A program made the translations under genes and the position numbers. The notes beneath the pieces are model-generated. The model was not told the origin of the DNA. It saw only the letters and a program-made list of their open reading frames with translations, and did not search any database. Below, one piece after another: positions 1 through 12,073 of a stretch of DNA of 64,000 bases. The stretch is from positions 868,001-932,000 of the forward strand of contig CAJFCJ010000012.1 of NCBI GenBank assembly GCA_904063045.1, written 5' to 3'. The DNA is from Dimorphilus gyrociliatus. Taxonomy: Eukaryota; Animalia; Annelida. Position 1 is the stretch's first letter. Each line of letters begins with the position of its first letter.

Positions 1-521
1 ACACAAGATATTTTGTATTTCAGGAGATTGTTAGACCTACTTCATGTCGAATTATTTAAAGAATAAATTACACTTTAAAATAAGCGTCTCTTTGCTCCAT
101 GTTGAAGTTTTGATAAAAGTTTATTAGTTATTATTTTTTGTATTTTTTTGTACAAAAAACCCAAGAGATGTCGTTGCCATATTAAAATTGACATTTCGAA
201 ATGAATGTAAATATAAATATAGCAATTTTTATATACTATTGAGTGGGGTTTTATATGCTGTACTCTTTATATGAATTTAAGGATTCTCTTATATCTTAAA
301 TACGTTTGATTATCAAAAGAAAGAAATATCCTTTGAGTCAAAGTGATGCGTGAAACGTTACTTGCATAAAAAAAGTAAAAAATATTCAATTGAACCAAAA
401 ATTAATAATTCTATATAATAAATTGACTGATTAAGCGTTCGTAATCCTATTAGTATAGTGAGCGAATAGTGTATGAATCACGTTCAATAGCCGTCGTCAA
501 GAACGACGACTTATTGTCAAC

Positions 522-1250
522 ATGGCTGAATCTCAGGATCAGGTTTTTATTATTTTTATTCAACTTTTTTGAGTAGTTTATAAAATAAGAAAACTTTTTA
601 ATAGAGAAACTAAAGGGTTAAGTTAAAAGGAAAAGGCTCGTTTCTTTATTTTAAATTAAAAGGGACGAGACCAGCTCTTACCCTTGAAATACAGAAAATT
701 CCCTTTCGGGAACATTTTTTTGCATTTAGCAAATAGGCCTTAAGGAGAAAACTGATATACAGCATTTCTAAATTCATTAATCCATTTATTTTAAGCAATC
801 TAAGACAAAAGAAAGGGATAATGAAGCCTCCCCAAGAACTGGTTTGTTTTCCAATTAGTTACAATTAGCAATATCAAAAGCCAACGGTAATGATAAAAAC
901 TTATGTTTTATAGCGAGAAGCAGCGCTAGGGGATCACAAAAAACGCAAAATAAAGAATACTTCAAAGTAGAACTAAACAGGTTGAAAACTAGCTTAGATA
1001 TGGAAGTGGTCAAAATCCAGAAGCCTAAAGTGTACGTATTTTCTCTTTTGCCTTTCTTAACTAAGCGTTGGAATCAGCTAAAACCTTCACACAACATTTA
1101 GAACCCGTGTAACCCCTTATTTCTTATATCCGCTCTTCTCTTTCGATACGTTATTTTCACCAGACATTAAGAAATGGAAGGTATTGACATAATCGATTCT
1201 TACTCTTTTACTTTCTTCTATAGGGCCACCCCATATACTTTACTTTATAT
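522..1250 (+). CDS. Possible small multi-exon gene, product unidentified; may be the 5' part of the gene ending at 3276
   Basis: ATG GCT GAA TCT CAG GAT CAG followed by GT at 543; several short GT..AG-bounded open segments (e.g. KTKERDNEASQEL|REAALGDHKKRK; TLRNG at ~1164-1180). I could not build one consistent model. Confidence 0.25.
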
Positions 1251-2494
1251 ATATATATATATATATATATTAGTATATATACAATATAAACTGCTGACAA
1301 GAAACTAAAGCTCTTTGCCACTTGCAGTCTCACTTTAACTCTCAAAAACACTATTTCACAATAAACAAAACAAATGCATAAAGAAGTCGTAAAATAGGCT
1401 TCTATTTCAATCATGTTCAAGATGTATTGCTAACTATACCATACTGTTTAAGTCTATTATATATTTCAATCTATTCAATTCATATCATTGTTAAAACTAT
1501 CACCTTTGTAAATCATTTGTTGATTTACCTGATCTGCATACATTTCGCCATAGTAAAAAGAAAAAATAATTATAATCAGTCAAGAAAACATTATTGAGCA
1601 ATTTAGGCCTATTTTGCCATTGCATTTATAATTCATTCTCCCCTCTTTTCATTAGTTAGTGAGTTGAAAAATCTTTTCTTATTACAAAGGAAATGAGGGA
1701 AAATGAAATATATATACAAACTTTTCTATATACTGTATATTATACATACTGTATATTCTTACAAAATATATGTATATACAATATATGCTTTATATAGTTG
1801 AAAAAGCTTCTAGCAAACAACGAAAGTGGTTGGCTGGCATTTTGTTTTTGCTCATCAATATCTTCGAAAGATGGTAGTTCTTCCTGAAATTTTCCGTAAT
1901 GGACATAAATGTTTAATCCCAATTATTCAGAAAATATTGCAGTCACGTGTTAACAATTTAGACATCAATTTCCCAGTGCTAAAGCGTCACAAAACTAATT
2001 TTAGCCTGAAAAAAAGACGCCTAATGTTTTTTTTCGCATTTTAGATTAAACTTTACTTGCTCGTTATTAATTAATAATTATGCATAAAGTAACCAAAAGA
2101 GAATATGCTTTAAAAGAAACAGAAAACTTTTGTACTGTTGCAGTAATGGCATTATTCTTTATTTTCTGACTAAGCTAAGTAAAAGTACTATTGATAACAT
2201 TATACAAAGGACCTTGCAAATCGTTCGCAATTATAAATGTTTAGTATTAATTAGTATATTCATTAAACAAAGAAATTATACGCCATAAGATTCTATACAG
2301 CTTATATACAGTATAAATTTATACATATATATATATATAATGCATACATGCACTATATCTTAGTAATTACAAGCTAGTTTCTATAAAATTTCATAAACAA
2401 AATGTTTTCTTTTTTGTTTTATTTTGCAATTGTCTAGACGTTCTATTTTGCCGTTTTCCAATTCTATATACTTTTCTTCTTTTCTCCCATTTAG

Positions 2495-3276
2495 AAAAGA
2501 ACACACGCCTTATGTCTTTAATAACTTAGAGCCCTACTATAACATGCATTTGGCCACGTGTCTAGTTGAAATGGTACGTTATTTGAAAATAGAATACCAA
2601 TACATTTTTGTTGTGTTCCTGTTAAAACAAGTCAATTCTGTTTAGCCCAACGAGGTACGACATGGATATTCTAGAAGAGAGACAGCTATAGGCCTATGCG
2701 ATCCATGGAAAGCTCTCGAAATGGATGCTAAACCTTTGCCGAAAATTGAATCGAGACCAGTACAACCAAAGGAAGAACAAAAGTCTGTAAATTATCGTAA
2801 TTTCCGTAAATAGAACATTATAACGAATAGTCGATTGTAGGCCAAGGAAAAAAGATGGCGATAGACCGCCAAAGGAAGGAAGCACGCATTTACCAAAATT
2901 TCCGGCTGTTCAAGTTCCGGCTAACGATTTGGGAACGAAGAAAATAGATTTCAGCCAGGTTAAACAACTTAGGTAATATAACTTTAAGATATAAATAAGT
3001 TAATTATAAAAGAGAGAGTATATTTAAATTAGGCGAGAAATAGCTAGAAAATATAGCGCTAACGCTGACTCGAGAGTGAATGATGAATACCGTAGAACAA
3101 AGAACGACATTTATAGAATGGAACTAGACAAGTTGGAGGATATTCATGAGGTAAATAGGCAGCATATGAGGAGAACTTACTTCGCTTATCTGCAGAATAA
3201 TAAAGGAGCGAAAAAGGCTGTTTACGAATGTTTTCCGAAGCAACAAACTCAGAAAGAAACCGTTAAGCAGAATTAA
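2495..3276 (+). CDS. Uncharacterised protein, 3' four exons (5' end unresolved)
   Basis: Exons join in frame via GT-AG introns: KEHTPYVFNNLEPYYNMHLATCLVEM|PNEVRHGYSRRETAIGLCDPWKALEMD...|PRKKDGDRPPKEG...KKIDFSQVKQLR|REIARKY...MELDKLEDIHEVNRQHMRRTYFAYLQNNKGAKKAVYECF...*; family not recognised. Confidence 0.7.
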
Positions 3277-3411
3277 ACTGTGCCTTTTAACCGCACCAGC
3301 ATTACGTGTTTACTCTATATGTTTATACTGCATTCCATAATGTTTGTAAAACTTGATTAAGCGTCATTGCATTATTCGAGTTCGTTGACTGGAAACTGTT
3401 GTTGACGAACG

Positions 3412-3933
3412 TTACTCGGTGTTAAGTTGACGCGTACTCTGACCGTCGGCTTTTTTGTAATATCGACGCTGCAGTAAATTTCTTTCCGGTAATCGTTCTC
3501 TACGACCTTTTATGCAACAACAACAATATTCCCAGATATGAAAATAGACAGTTGATAAACATTTCTTCAGCGCTTCCTTAGCATCTTGCTTTTTTCCTGA
3601 ATATTCGCATAATTTTACCATAAAGTTCATAAAAATAATGGAAGATAAAAATAAAATCACCCAGCAGTAATTAACTATTGCCCTATCGTGTCTTCTCTCG
3701 TAATCGTGTTCTAAAATGCAACATGCCAACTTTCCTGTAGAACTCTCTACACAACTATCCGTATGTGAAGGAAAATCCAATAGTCCAGGGCATTTAACTG
3801 TTCTGTTAAATAATGAAGCTAGGCCTCCTACGGTTTTTAAATGATTAACGCTCAAGTTTTTAATCCGATTAGATGATATCCTTCTTAATAGCGCAAGCGA
3901 TAATCCGTAATAATAGACCTTCTTAAATGTCAT
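3412..3933 (-). CDS. Intronless single-pass membrane protein, Shisa-like Cys-rich ectodomain, cytoplasmic CCCC cluster
   Basis: 173-aa ORF: hydrophobic N-terminus, CP-x12-C-x9-CC module, TM (AIVNYCWVILFLSSIIFMNFMV), YCCCC then basic tail. Confidence 0.65.
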   Translation of the reverse strand: MTFKKVYYYGLSLALLRRISSNRIKNLSVNHLKTVGGLASLFNRTVKCPGLLDFPSHTDSCVESSTGKLACCILEHDYERRHDRAIVNYCWVILFLSSIIFMNFMVKLCEYSGKKQDAKEALKKCLSTVYFHIWEYCCCCIKGRRERLPERNLLQRRYYKKADGQSTRQLNTE

Positions 3934-4026
3934 TACCCTTTCGCTCTTCTTTTTTACTCGTCATAAACAAATCTGTTCGAATATTATTTATTACGTAACT
4001 CTATATATTTAAAATCCTAGCAGATT

Positions 4027-4584
4027 ATGATAAAACCAATAATTATTTCTTGGCTTGTTGCCTTTTCTTCCGGCTCGCCTCAACTGTGTAAATACAAAAT
4101 AAGGAAGATTGAGGAAGAAATCCCAAATTGCAAAGAATCATCGTTAAATTGCAAAAGAAGGAGATTGAAGTTCCATTCGTACGTTCCTATAATGGGAAAA
4201 GACGACAAAGATTTCAGGTACATAGAGTGCGATTGGTTCAACAACGATGACACAAAGGCGTCTGTTTGTTGTATAATAAGAAATGAGCCTACTTGTTGTA
4301 AAGTTGCGGTTACTAAAAGGATGAAAAATTTGATGAAGTCAGAAAGAATAGACAGAAACTTAATTATTAGCGGATCAATTATACTAGTTTTTTCACTAGG
4401 CGTTTCCCTCTATCTGAACTTCAGTAGAATTTACTACAAAAGGCAACCGCTGATAGAAGTTAGCAAAGAGACACCACAGTGTCAACCGGAAGCTGAGACC
4501 CAACTTTCGATCTCTCGAATGTCGCCTGTTACAGTTCCATCTTCACCAACCGTTAATAATGCAAAGAGTATGTACTTTGCGTGA
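4027..4584 (+). CDS. Intronless type I membrane protein, Shisa-like/Cys-rich
   Basis: 185-aa ORF: signal peptide MIKPIIISWLVAFSSG, C-x13-CC-x7-CC module, TM (LIISGSIILVFSLGVSLYL), Ser/Pro-rich tail. Confidence 0.75.
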   Translation: MIKPIIISWLVAFSSGSPQLCKYKIRKIEEEIPNCKESSLNCKRRRLKFHSYVPIMGKDDKDFRYIECDWFNNDDTKASVCCIIRNEPTCCKVAVTKRMKNLMKSERIDRNLIISGSIILVFSLGVSLYLNFSRIYYKRQPLIEVSKETPQCQPEAETQLSISRMSPVTVPSSPTVNNAKSMYFA

Positions 4585-4713
4585 TTTTCCTATCAGCTAA
4601 ACATAATATAAATACAATAAGATATGATAATAAGGAATAGGATCAACGATTTTCACTGTTTATATAGAATTAAATGATATTTCCTTTATACTATTTATTA
4701 CATGGGAAATGGA

Positions 4714-5148
4714 TTATTCGTCAACAATTCTATCACTTTTACATTTGTAACAATTTGCGAATAGAATCAGAGCAATTGGTAGAATAATCAATAGAATAAC
4801 AATTGCAGAAGTTGATGTATCGTTTATAATCTCTTGACGATTTAAATTAATCAAAATAAGACCAATAAATATTGGACTAAATAATAACATTATAGTTCCT
4901 ATGATAGCTAAGATCCTAAGAAGAGTGGATCGGCAACGCTTGGGTAAGGACAGGCCCTCGTCCAATTGGCAACACTTGTTCCAATATATTACTAGCGGAT
5001 GATCGGATATATTTTCGAAAATTACCCGCTTATTGCCCGACGTGGAAAATGATAGTGTATCCGTAGACGAATAAGATATACGAAAGGTATCTTTTGGGTG
5101 CTTTAGTATACCTCGAATCTGCAGTGGTTCAACGGATGAATGTCGCAT
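4714..5148 (-). CDS. Intronless two-TM protein with candidate PP1-docking motifs
   Basis: 144-aa ORF with aacaaATG start, RGILK and KRVIF motifs in the N-terminal region, two hydrophobic helices at the C-terminus. Confidence 0.75.
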   Translation of the reverse strand: MRHSSVEPLQIRGILKHPKDTFRISYSSTDTLSFSTSGNKRVIFENISDHPLVIYWNKCCQLDEGLSLPKRCRSTLLRILAIIGTIMLLFSPIFIGLILINLNRQEIINDTSTSAIVILLIILPIALILFANCYKCKSDRIVDE

Positions 5149-7142
5149 TTGTTTTTATCAGTTTCTCGTATTTCCTATAAGATAATTAAGTCCTTTAGTC
5201 AGATTCAGCAAAAGAAAAAACCGATTATTAAAGACATAGATCCCCCCCCCCCAAAAAAAGAAATTAGCTATAAAGCAACAAATAAGACGAGTCCGCTACC
5301 GATAACTCGAGTGATTAAAATCTTGCTTCTCGATAAGTTAGGAGAGGTTGACTATTTCTTGTCGACTGATTTCGTAAGAATTTGTAAACTAACGAGACTC
5401 GTCGTCAATTCGGTAGCTTTTACGACTATATTGAATTTCGTTGATGGTACAGCATAGGGGGGATAAGAAAGCGAAGTACTCACAATTTATAGTATCTGAT
5501 ATCAGCGAAGATACGAACTTAATACTTTCATATTCAATATTTTTCCAACAGCAGGATTTTATTCATCCGTTGTTTTTAAAACTCTCGTGACTTCACTTTT
5601 ACTCTTAAAATTGCCTAAACGAACACAATTTATCAATAATGCATTTAAGTAGTGATGTATATTTTTGTGTAACCCTATATGCATTGCACACACTATACCT
5701 ATGTTTAAAAGCATGCATATGTTTAAATGGGCTTGAGAAATTGATAGTACAATTCATGGACCAGAAAAAGTAAACTCTTTAGCGCCATCTGTTAAAACGT
5801 TCAAATTTTTTGGCAAGAGAAACCCGTCAATTACTCTGCCTCGATACGATTAGTATGTGTAGCAGCCGTCTTCGTAGAAACTGGAAAAAAACGAAAAGGC
5901 GCGATGCAGTTGTTGACTATTCTTGCAGTAGCCGAAGGCAGAAAAAATCTCCCAGAACAAGTGCCCCGTTTCATCTTGGGACAGTCCGTTGCGCTTGTTT
6001 ACCGCTTATTTCTATACACTAGGCGTGTTTCTTTATTGAATATAAGAGCAGAAGTCAGTCAAAGCAGCTAGCAACGCCTTTTTTTCTGCTAATGATCTTT
6101 TTAACTGAAAAAATTTCGACCGTGACGTCTATTTTCCCCAACAGCAAAAACATTCTATACAGGTGTGCACGGTTTTAGCGTTCAATTGATTCTGTTGAGT
6201 TACATTATACCTGTGTTTTTTATGTATACTACATTTATATGTAGGAATATTTTCACTAATATTTAAAAATGAAAAATGAGGGTTTAGACGTCTAATTTGA
6301 AAAATTTGCGCATGCATGCAGACACGCCATTCGATATTAATCGACGCTTAATTACTTAGCAACGGCGCTCTGTCCGCTTATTTGAAAACGATTACTACCC
6401 GACTGTAATAAGTGCAAAATTGTTCGTCCATTAGAGCCGATTGCGACAAATCTTTTCCTTCAAAGGCACCGCTTATATGAATATTTTACGAATGTTGCTT
6501 TTTCTTAATTACCTCATAGGCGTTTCCGTTCTCTCTTCATGCGTCTGCTCGGTGAGAATCAAGTGTAACAACGCTCCTTACCATAATAATTATCAGTATA
6601 GATGATGGTGCTAAATGCACAAGATATTGCATATTCAGCAATCTTGAAGAGAGAAAGAGAGAGAGAAGAGATAGAGTGAGAGAAGAGAGAGATGAGGAGA
6701 GAAGAGAAGAGAAGAGATATATATATATATATGCAGATGGACAGACATAGAGAGACAACAAAGTATATATCTTGATGTGTCTATATCAAAGAATATATAT
6801 TTCTAGAAAGAATTGAGTAGGTAGTTATTCTTTCGCAACCTATAACATAATAAAGACGATGCTTACATAGATATATGCATAGAAGAATAAATATAAATAC
6901 TATATACTCTTTCTATATATTTGCATCTAAACCACATAATTATTTTAGTATTTAGATGTATAAAGATATGCAATCTTTTATTAGATTAAAAGATTTTATT
7001 AAAATCATTGTTAAAACAAGACGTGTGCGAAAGGCATAGCGCGTTATTGTTCATATCGATTCAATCTCGCGTACAGTGAGTATCGAATTTACAAGTATTT
7101 TTTTCTTCAGTTTGTTTTGCAATAAAAATAAAAGGAAAAAAA

Positions 7143-7790
7143 CTATTGAATCTTATTCCGTAATGGTGCCTCAACCACTATTTTCTCAGCACTAGCAACT
7201 GCTCGTACTGCAAATGGATTAACAGAGAGCGGTAATCTGATATTTAAGTGGCATTCCTCGTCCGAGTGTTTGTAAACAATGATCAGTTTGTCGCCACCGC
7301 TTAATACGCGTACTCGGACATTTTCGACGCTTTGCTGTAAATTTACCGTGAGTTTTAAATGAGTTTCTGATATTTCGAACGTTCTATCTTTAATAATTGG
7401 ATCCTTTTCGTTAGTTTGTTCACTACACTTATTCTTTTCTCGGTCATCTTCAGTAGAATCGTCCGACTCATCACTGCGAATATGATCCGTGCAAACAGTG
7501 CTCGATCTTACTCGTAACCTTGGAGGGCGGAGAGCTGGTCTTGGAGGAACGTCAAATGAGTTCGGTTCAGAATTTGAATGTTGCTGGCTGTAAGATTTCC
7601 GACGTGCAGTTGCAGGTTGCCGATAGATATTAACAGTTTTTGAAGGCGGTGAAGGTGATGATTTATCAACTGAAGATTTTAACGATGCTTTTGCTAAAAG
7701 GGTAGAAAGCCACGCGGAACGTTTTGACGCTTCCGCGGCGTTTGCCATTCTACCTGAATTCGCCGATGTCACGTGACGGTCTGACGTCAT
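7143..7790 (-). CDS. Small heat-shock protein-like (divergent alpha-crystallin domain with long disordered N-terminus)
   Basis: 215-aa ORF; C-terminal ~80 aa beta-rich with LPLSVNPFAVRAVASAEKIVVEAP, resembling the LPxxVDP...LxVEAP end of alpha-crystallin domains. Confidence 0.7.
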   Translation of the reverse strand: MTSDRHVTSANSGRMANAAEASKRSAWLSTLLAKASLKSSVDKSSPSPPSKTVNIYRQPATARRKSYSQQHSNSEPNSFDVPPRPALRPPRLRVRSSTVCTDHIRSDESDDSTEDDREKNKCSEQTNEKDPIIKDRTFEISETHLKLTVNLQQSVENVRVRVLSGGDKLIIVYKHSDEECHLNIRLPLSVNPFAVRAVASAEKIVVEAPLRNKIQ

Positions 7791-10700
7791 GATGCTTGTA
7801 TCAAGACCTTCTAGGCTCTGAATTATAAATTAACTGGAGAGGAAAGCGCACCCTATATAGTTCAATTACTTTCAAAAGACGAAATTAGTTGGAATGCAAT
7901 CGTGTCCTTAGGGATTCTTCTTCCAGCGCTTCTACGTATAGTTTTCTCTTATCAGATTGAACTTGGTAGGTCGTAGGGTGTGGAAAAACGTCTCAGCTTT
8001 TCTTACTACTCTAAAGGATCAATCTGAAATAATACTAACTGAGAAAAACGCTTACGAAAAAAAAAGGAATGTATTTTGTTCCCCCGGAAATGAACGGCAG
8101 CTCCGAGCTGATGACAAACTGTATGTGAGTTTAGAAAAAAATCTATTCCACACAGTGATTGTATATAACTTGTGAGCTATTCGGATTATTATATGACTTG
8201 CACAAAAGAAAATAGAAAGTAACACGTACGATATGTTTGTACAAAGTATATTTCAGTTAAACAGGTTGCCTTTAATATTTTTTAGTTTTTAGACCTACAA
8301 ACAACTTATAACCCATAATTGAAAACATCACAGAAGAAGGAAACTGCTTTACCCAGAAAACTTAAAATAATTTGTAATAGTAGAAATGAAGCAAGATGTG
8401 GAATGTATGGGGATTACATGTCTATCGTCGCTTTCTTCCTAATATAGAGTAGCAGAGACAGAGGAACAGAGGCAGAATGAAAGTAGTGCTTTCTAGAGAA
8501 AAACTAAAAAGCAAAAAAACAAAAAAGAGAAACAGCATTAAGAGAGTGAGAGAGAGAATGCTAGGCAAAGATGTAGACAGGAGAGGAAGGAAGGGAAGAG
8601 AGTAAGAGTGTGAGAGAGAGGAAAAGATAAAGACGGAGATAGATGAGTAAATAAACAAAAATAAAGCAATAGACGGATGGTAAAGGTGAAATAATAATAT
8701 TAATAAAAATAATGGAATTTGCTCTTTATACGATCACAAAATGAATCTTTTACTTTCCTTACTTAATATCTATTAGTGACCGGTCTATAATTAAATAAAA
8801 ACAAAAATTTACCACTGCATTAATCATTAATCGGCTTTTTTCAATACAAAACAAGTACAATATTTAATAAATTCGTTATATAGCCGATTTTGTTCTCATT
8901 ATACAAACAATGAAGAGAATGGCAAGTTTCAGTTCTTTCATTTATGCATCTTTTATTTAATCAACACGATCTGTGTAGATTAATACACAAAGGGCCAAAA
9001 AGTGGAGAGCTTTATGAGTGGTTGGTCGGAAAGAAAAAAATGCCCTCTTAGATTTAGCTGACGAGATGTTGATAAAAACATCTTTTTTCTTTTCCTTCAC
9101 TTCCTTGTTTTTCTATTCTTCTTTTTCTTTCTCTTCCCCAACAATCTATTTATCTTGCTTCTATTAATTCGTTTTGGTCATGCCCGCCTCATTTCTTTGC
9201 CTCTTAAATTTAAGCAGGAAGAATTACTATCTTTTAAAAAAGAATTCAATTATGCTACAAACCTCTATAGCTTTTGATCTAAAGTATGTTACACCTGCTA
9301 ATCTAGGGAACTATTCGCTGTCAGTCTTCCGGAGTATAGTATACCCCTAAGCCCAGAGGGGAATGATTCGGATTTACTCCTTTTATGATTACTTTATTCT
9401 TACGTCTTAAAGGCGATATTAAAGGAAAAAGAGTCAATAGAGGTAGTACTTTACAGTAAAATCTATCTTATTTTAAATTTTTCCTGCAGCTGTCATTAAG
9501 GAAAATTTATATTGACTTTTTCCTCTTTAAATAAGAATTCCTCTCAAATAGAAATTTTCAAACGCCTTTTCTACTTTCACATCGATCGACCATTTCATCA
9601 ACGAGCCATTGATCAAGAAAATCTGTTGTTTTCATCAATATACTTCCCTTATCGTCATTCTCTCAGGTTATATTTTTAGAAGTGAAGGGCCGATTGGCTA
9701 CTTTTTATTACATTGCGATGATCGTAAATAAGGCGATTATCGCTGACGACGAAGGCCTATCATCGATAGACGCTTCATATGTAATGTCAACGAGATTTTC
9801 ACAGCGCCCCTGACATTTACAATAGAATCTGGAATCGCATGTACATGGGAAAATATAAATGTAAAATCTGTCTATGGACGATTAAGCGTCACAGACAAAT
9901 CTCATTATTCTTTCTCTTTTATCTAATAGAACAAACCGAACAATTCGCCAGCGCAGGTGTTTTCATTACCTCGATTAGCATCGTACACGCCAATGAAGAA
10001 AACACGTTTTATAGTAATGTGAATAGCCTAGTATACGACTTGATTAGGGGAAGGAGACGGTACAAAAAGGTATTGTATCGAGTGAACTATTCAATGTATT
10101 TGTATGTTAACCTATACAAATAGCGGTAGCACTCGTAATCATATAATGCGTTTATTTGCGCTACATGTATACTTTTGTGTGAATTGGTATTATACTGTAT
10201 ATGGGATGCAAATCTACTTATTGAGAGAGAAACGCTGGATCGTTGATAAAAAAAAGTAACGCTTTACGCGTCTGTCAAGTTTTTAAAGGCGTCCTATAAA
10301 TTAGGAAGGACAAATCGATACCAATATACAGAAAGAAAAGATATATATATTTAGATATATAATATATATATTTATATCTATACAGGTATATATATAGATA
10401 TAATACATATATAAAGCATACAGTCTACAGTATATTCAAAGATAAACACTTTGCACATTGTTTTAATACTGTAAATAGTCTTATACGTAAATAGTCTCCC
10501 TTTTAAACAACTTTTATAATTAATATAATATTTTAAATTATCAATACATAGGTAGGCCTGACGCTTAATACCACCAGCAACCTATTAGTGTAATGTCTAC
10601 TGTCACATACGTTCTCAACGGATTTACATGCGTGAGGCTGTCGCTGTGAGTTGATAAATTATTAACGGCGTTTTAAAGGCACAATATCATTTACTATATA

Positions 10701-12073
10701 ATGTAATAGACCGGCCACTTTTGATACATTAACGAAATTTGATTATTCGATGGCGGAACCTTGTCCAAACCGGCTTCCCGAAAACGTGAGGAACATTGAA
10801 AGACCATCTTTCAGTACGCCCCTCTCGTAACCCCGTAAGCGATCTAGTTAATTCCGTGATTGGTGAACATTAAGACGTCTCCAGCAGGCGAACCGATCGC
10901 TTTTCAGACGTTTGAAACCTGCTACCGACAGTTCTTAATGCCAATTATTTAAGAATCATGAATGCCTAAACTAGAAATATAAGTTTCAATCTAATACGAA
11001 AGAGTATTTCTCTTTCCTAGTATTTTCAGTTAGTTGGATAAAGTTTAGTCAATTAAGAACGCTCCCCCTACCTCTTAATTAATATTACCCCCTTTTAAGA
11101 AAATAAAGCAATTTTAATTTAACTAGATCAATTTACAATCGATGCTATAATTATTTAAAATTACAGTTGACTTCTCTTTTTTTCTTTTTTTTCAAATATA
11201 TTTGTAAATCTATCTTACTTTCGGTTCTCATTTTTTTCTTAGACGCTAATTTTCCATCTAGGGAAAAGAATTATACAGTAGTGAGAAGAAAAGGTGATCA
11301 ATCTGTTTCATTTGCGGTTTTTTTTTTTACAGGAAACTTTAATTTTAATGACATTTATGGGATAGATAATTAAAGAGAATATAAGGAAGAGAAGATAAAA
11401 AGAGAAAGGAAAGGTGTAAGACTGTCAGGAAAAGGACTGAACAAAAAAGAAAATAATGGAGATGAGAGCGAGAAAATAAAACAGACAGCAGTCAGCGAGA
11501 AATATTGACTGCCTGAAATAAAGACAGGATCTATATAGTACTTCAAATCATTTGTAATTGTAGTTAATAAATCCTTTAAGACGAGAATCTGAAGATAAAG
11601 TATAAGAGGCATTTATTTCATAGACTCTCTATCTCTATCCCACTCTTTTCTCTCGCTCTTTGCACTAAGTAAGATGCACATTATATAAGTCTTTATTCTT
11701 CAATAGTGTTGAATAACTTTACTAGTAGTATCAACAAATTTACCAGTTAAATTGTAAATCTTGCTTTATGTATATCAATTGATATATTATACTGGGAAAT
11801 TATCTCTTTGATATCCACTTATTAATGTTATCAGTACAATCAATAATAATCTCAATTCTTCCAATAACAATTTACGAAGAGTCTCTAAAGAACTGGTTTA
11901 TTTCAGCGATTAAAACTTCAATCAATCTTCAACAAAGTCTGCATGATTTGGATAAAAGAAATCGTCATAGAGATTTCGGTGTGCTATCTAAGGTTAAGGA
12001 AGAAAATTGCTGTAAAGGAGTTTTCCTATTGCAGTAATATTATTTTCTTTGTGTATAACAATACGAACTTCAT

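Noticed and set aside
5140-5457. 105-aa plus-strand ORF overlapping the start of the two-TM gene
   Set aside because: No recognisable features; runs through poly-C/poly-A promoter-like sequence of the divergent gene; probably spurious.
5780-6760. Several short open frames and splice-like sites on both strands
   Set aside because: No consistent exon chain or recognisable protein; part derives from GA/CT microsatellite.
8422-8658. Hydrophobic L/S/F-rich ORFs here and at 11370-11612, 19400-19585, 51244-51429
   Set aside because: Translations of purine/pyrimidine simple repeats, not genes.
9331-9380. Hairpin considered as a SECIS element
   Set aside because: No AUGA/GA kink-turn core on either strand in the required positions.
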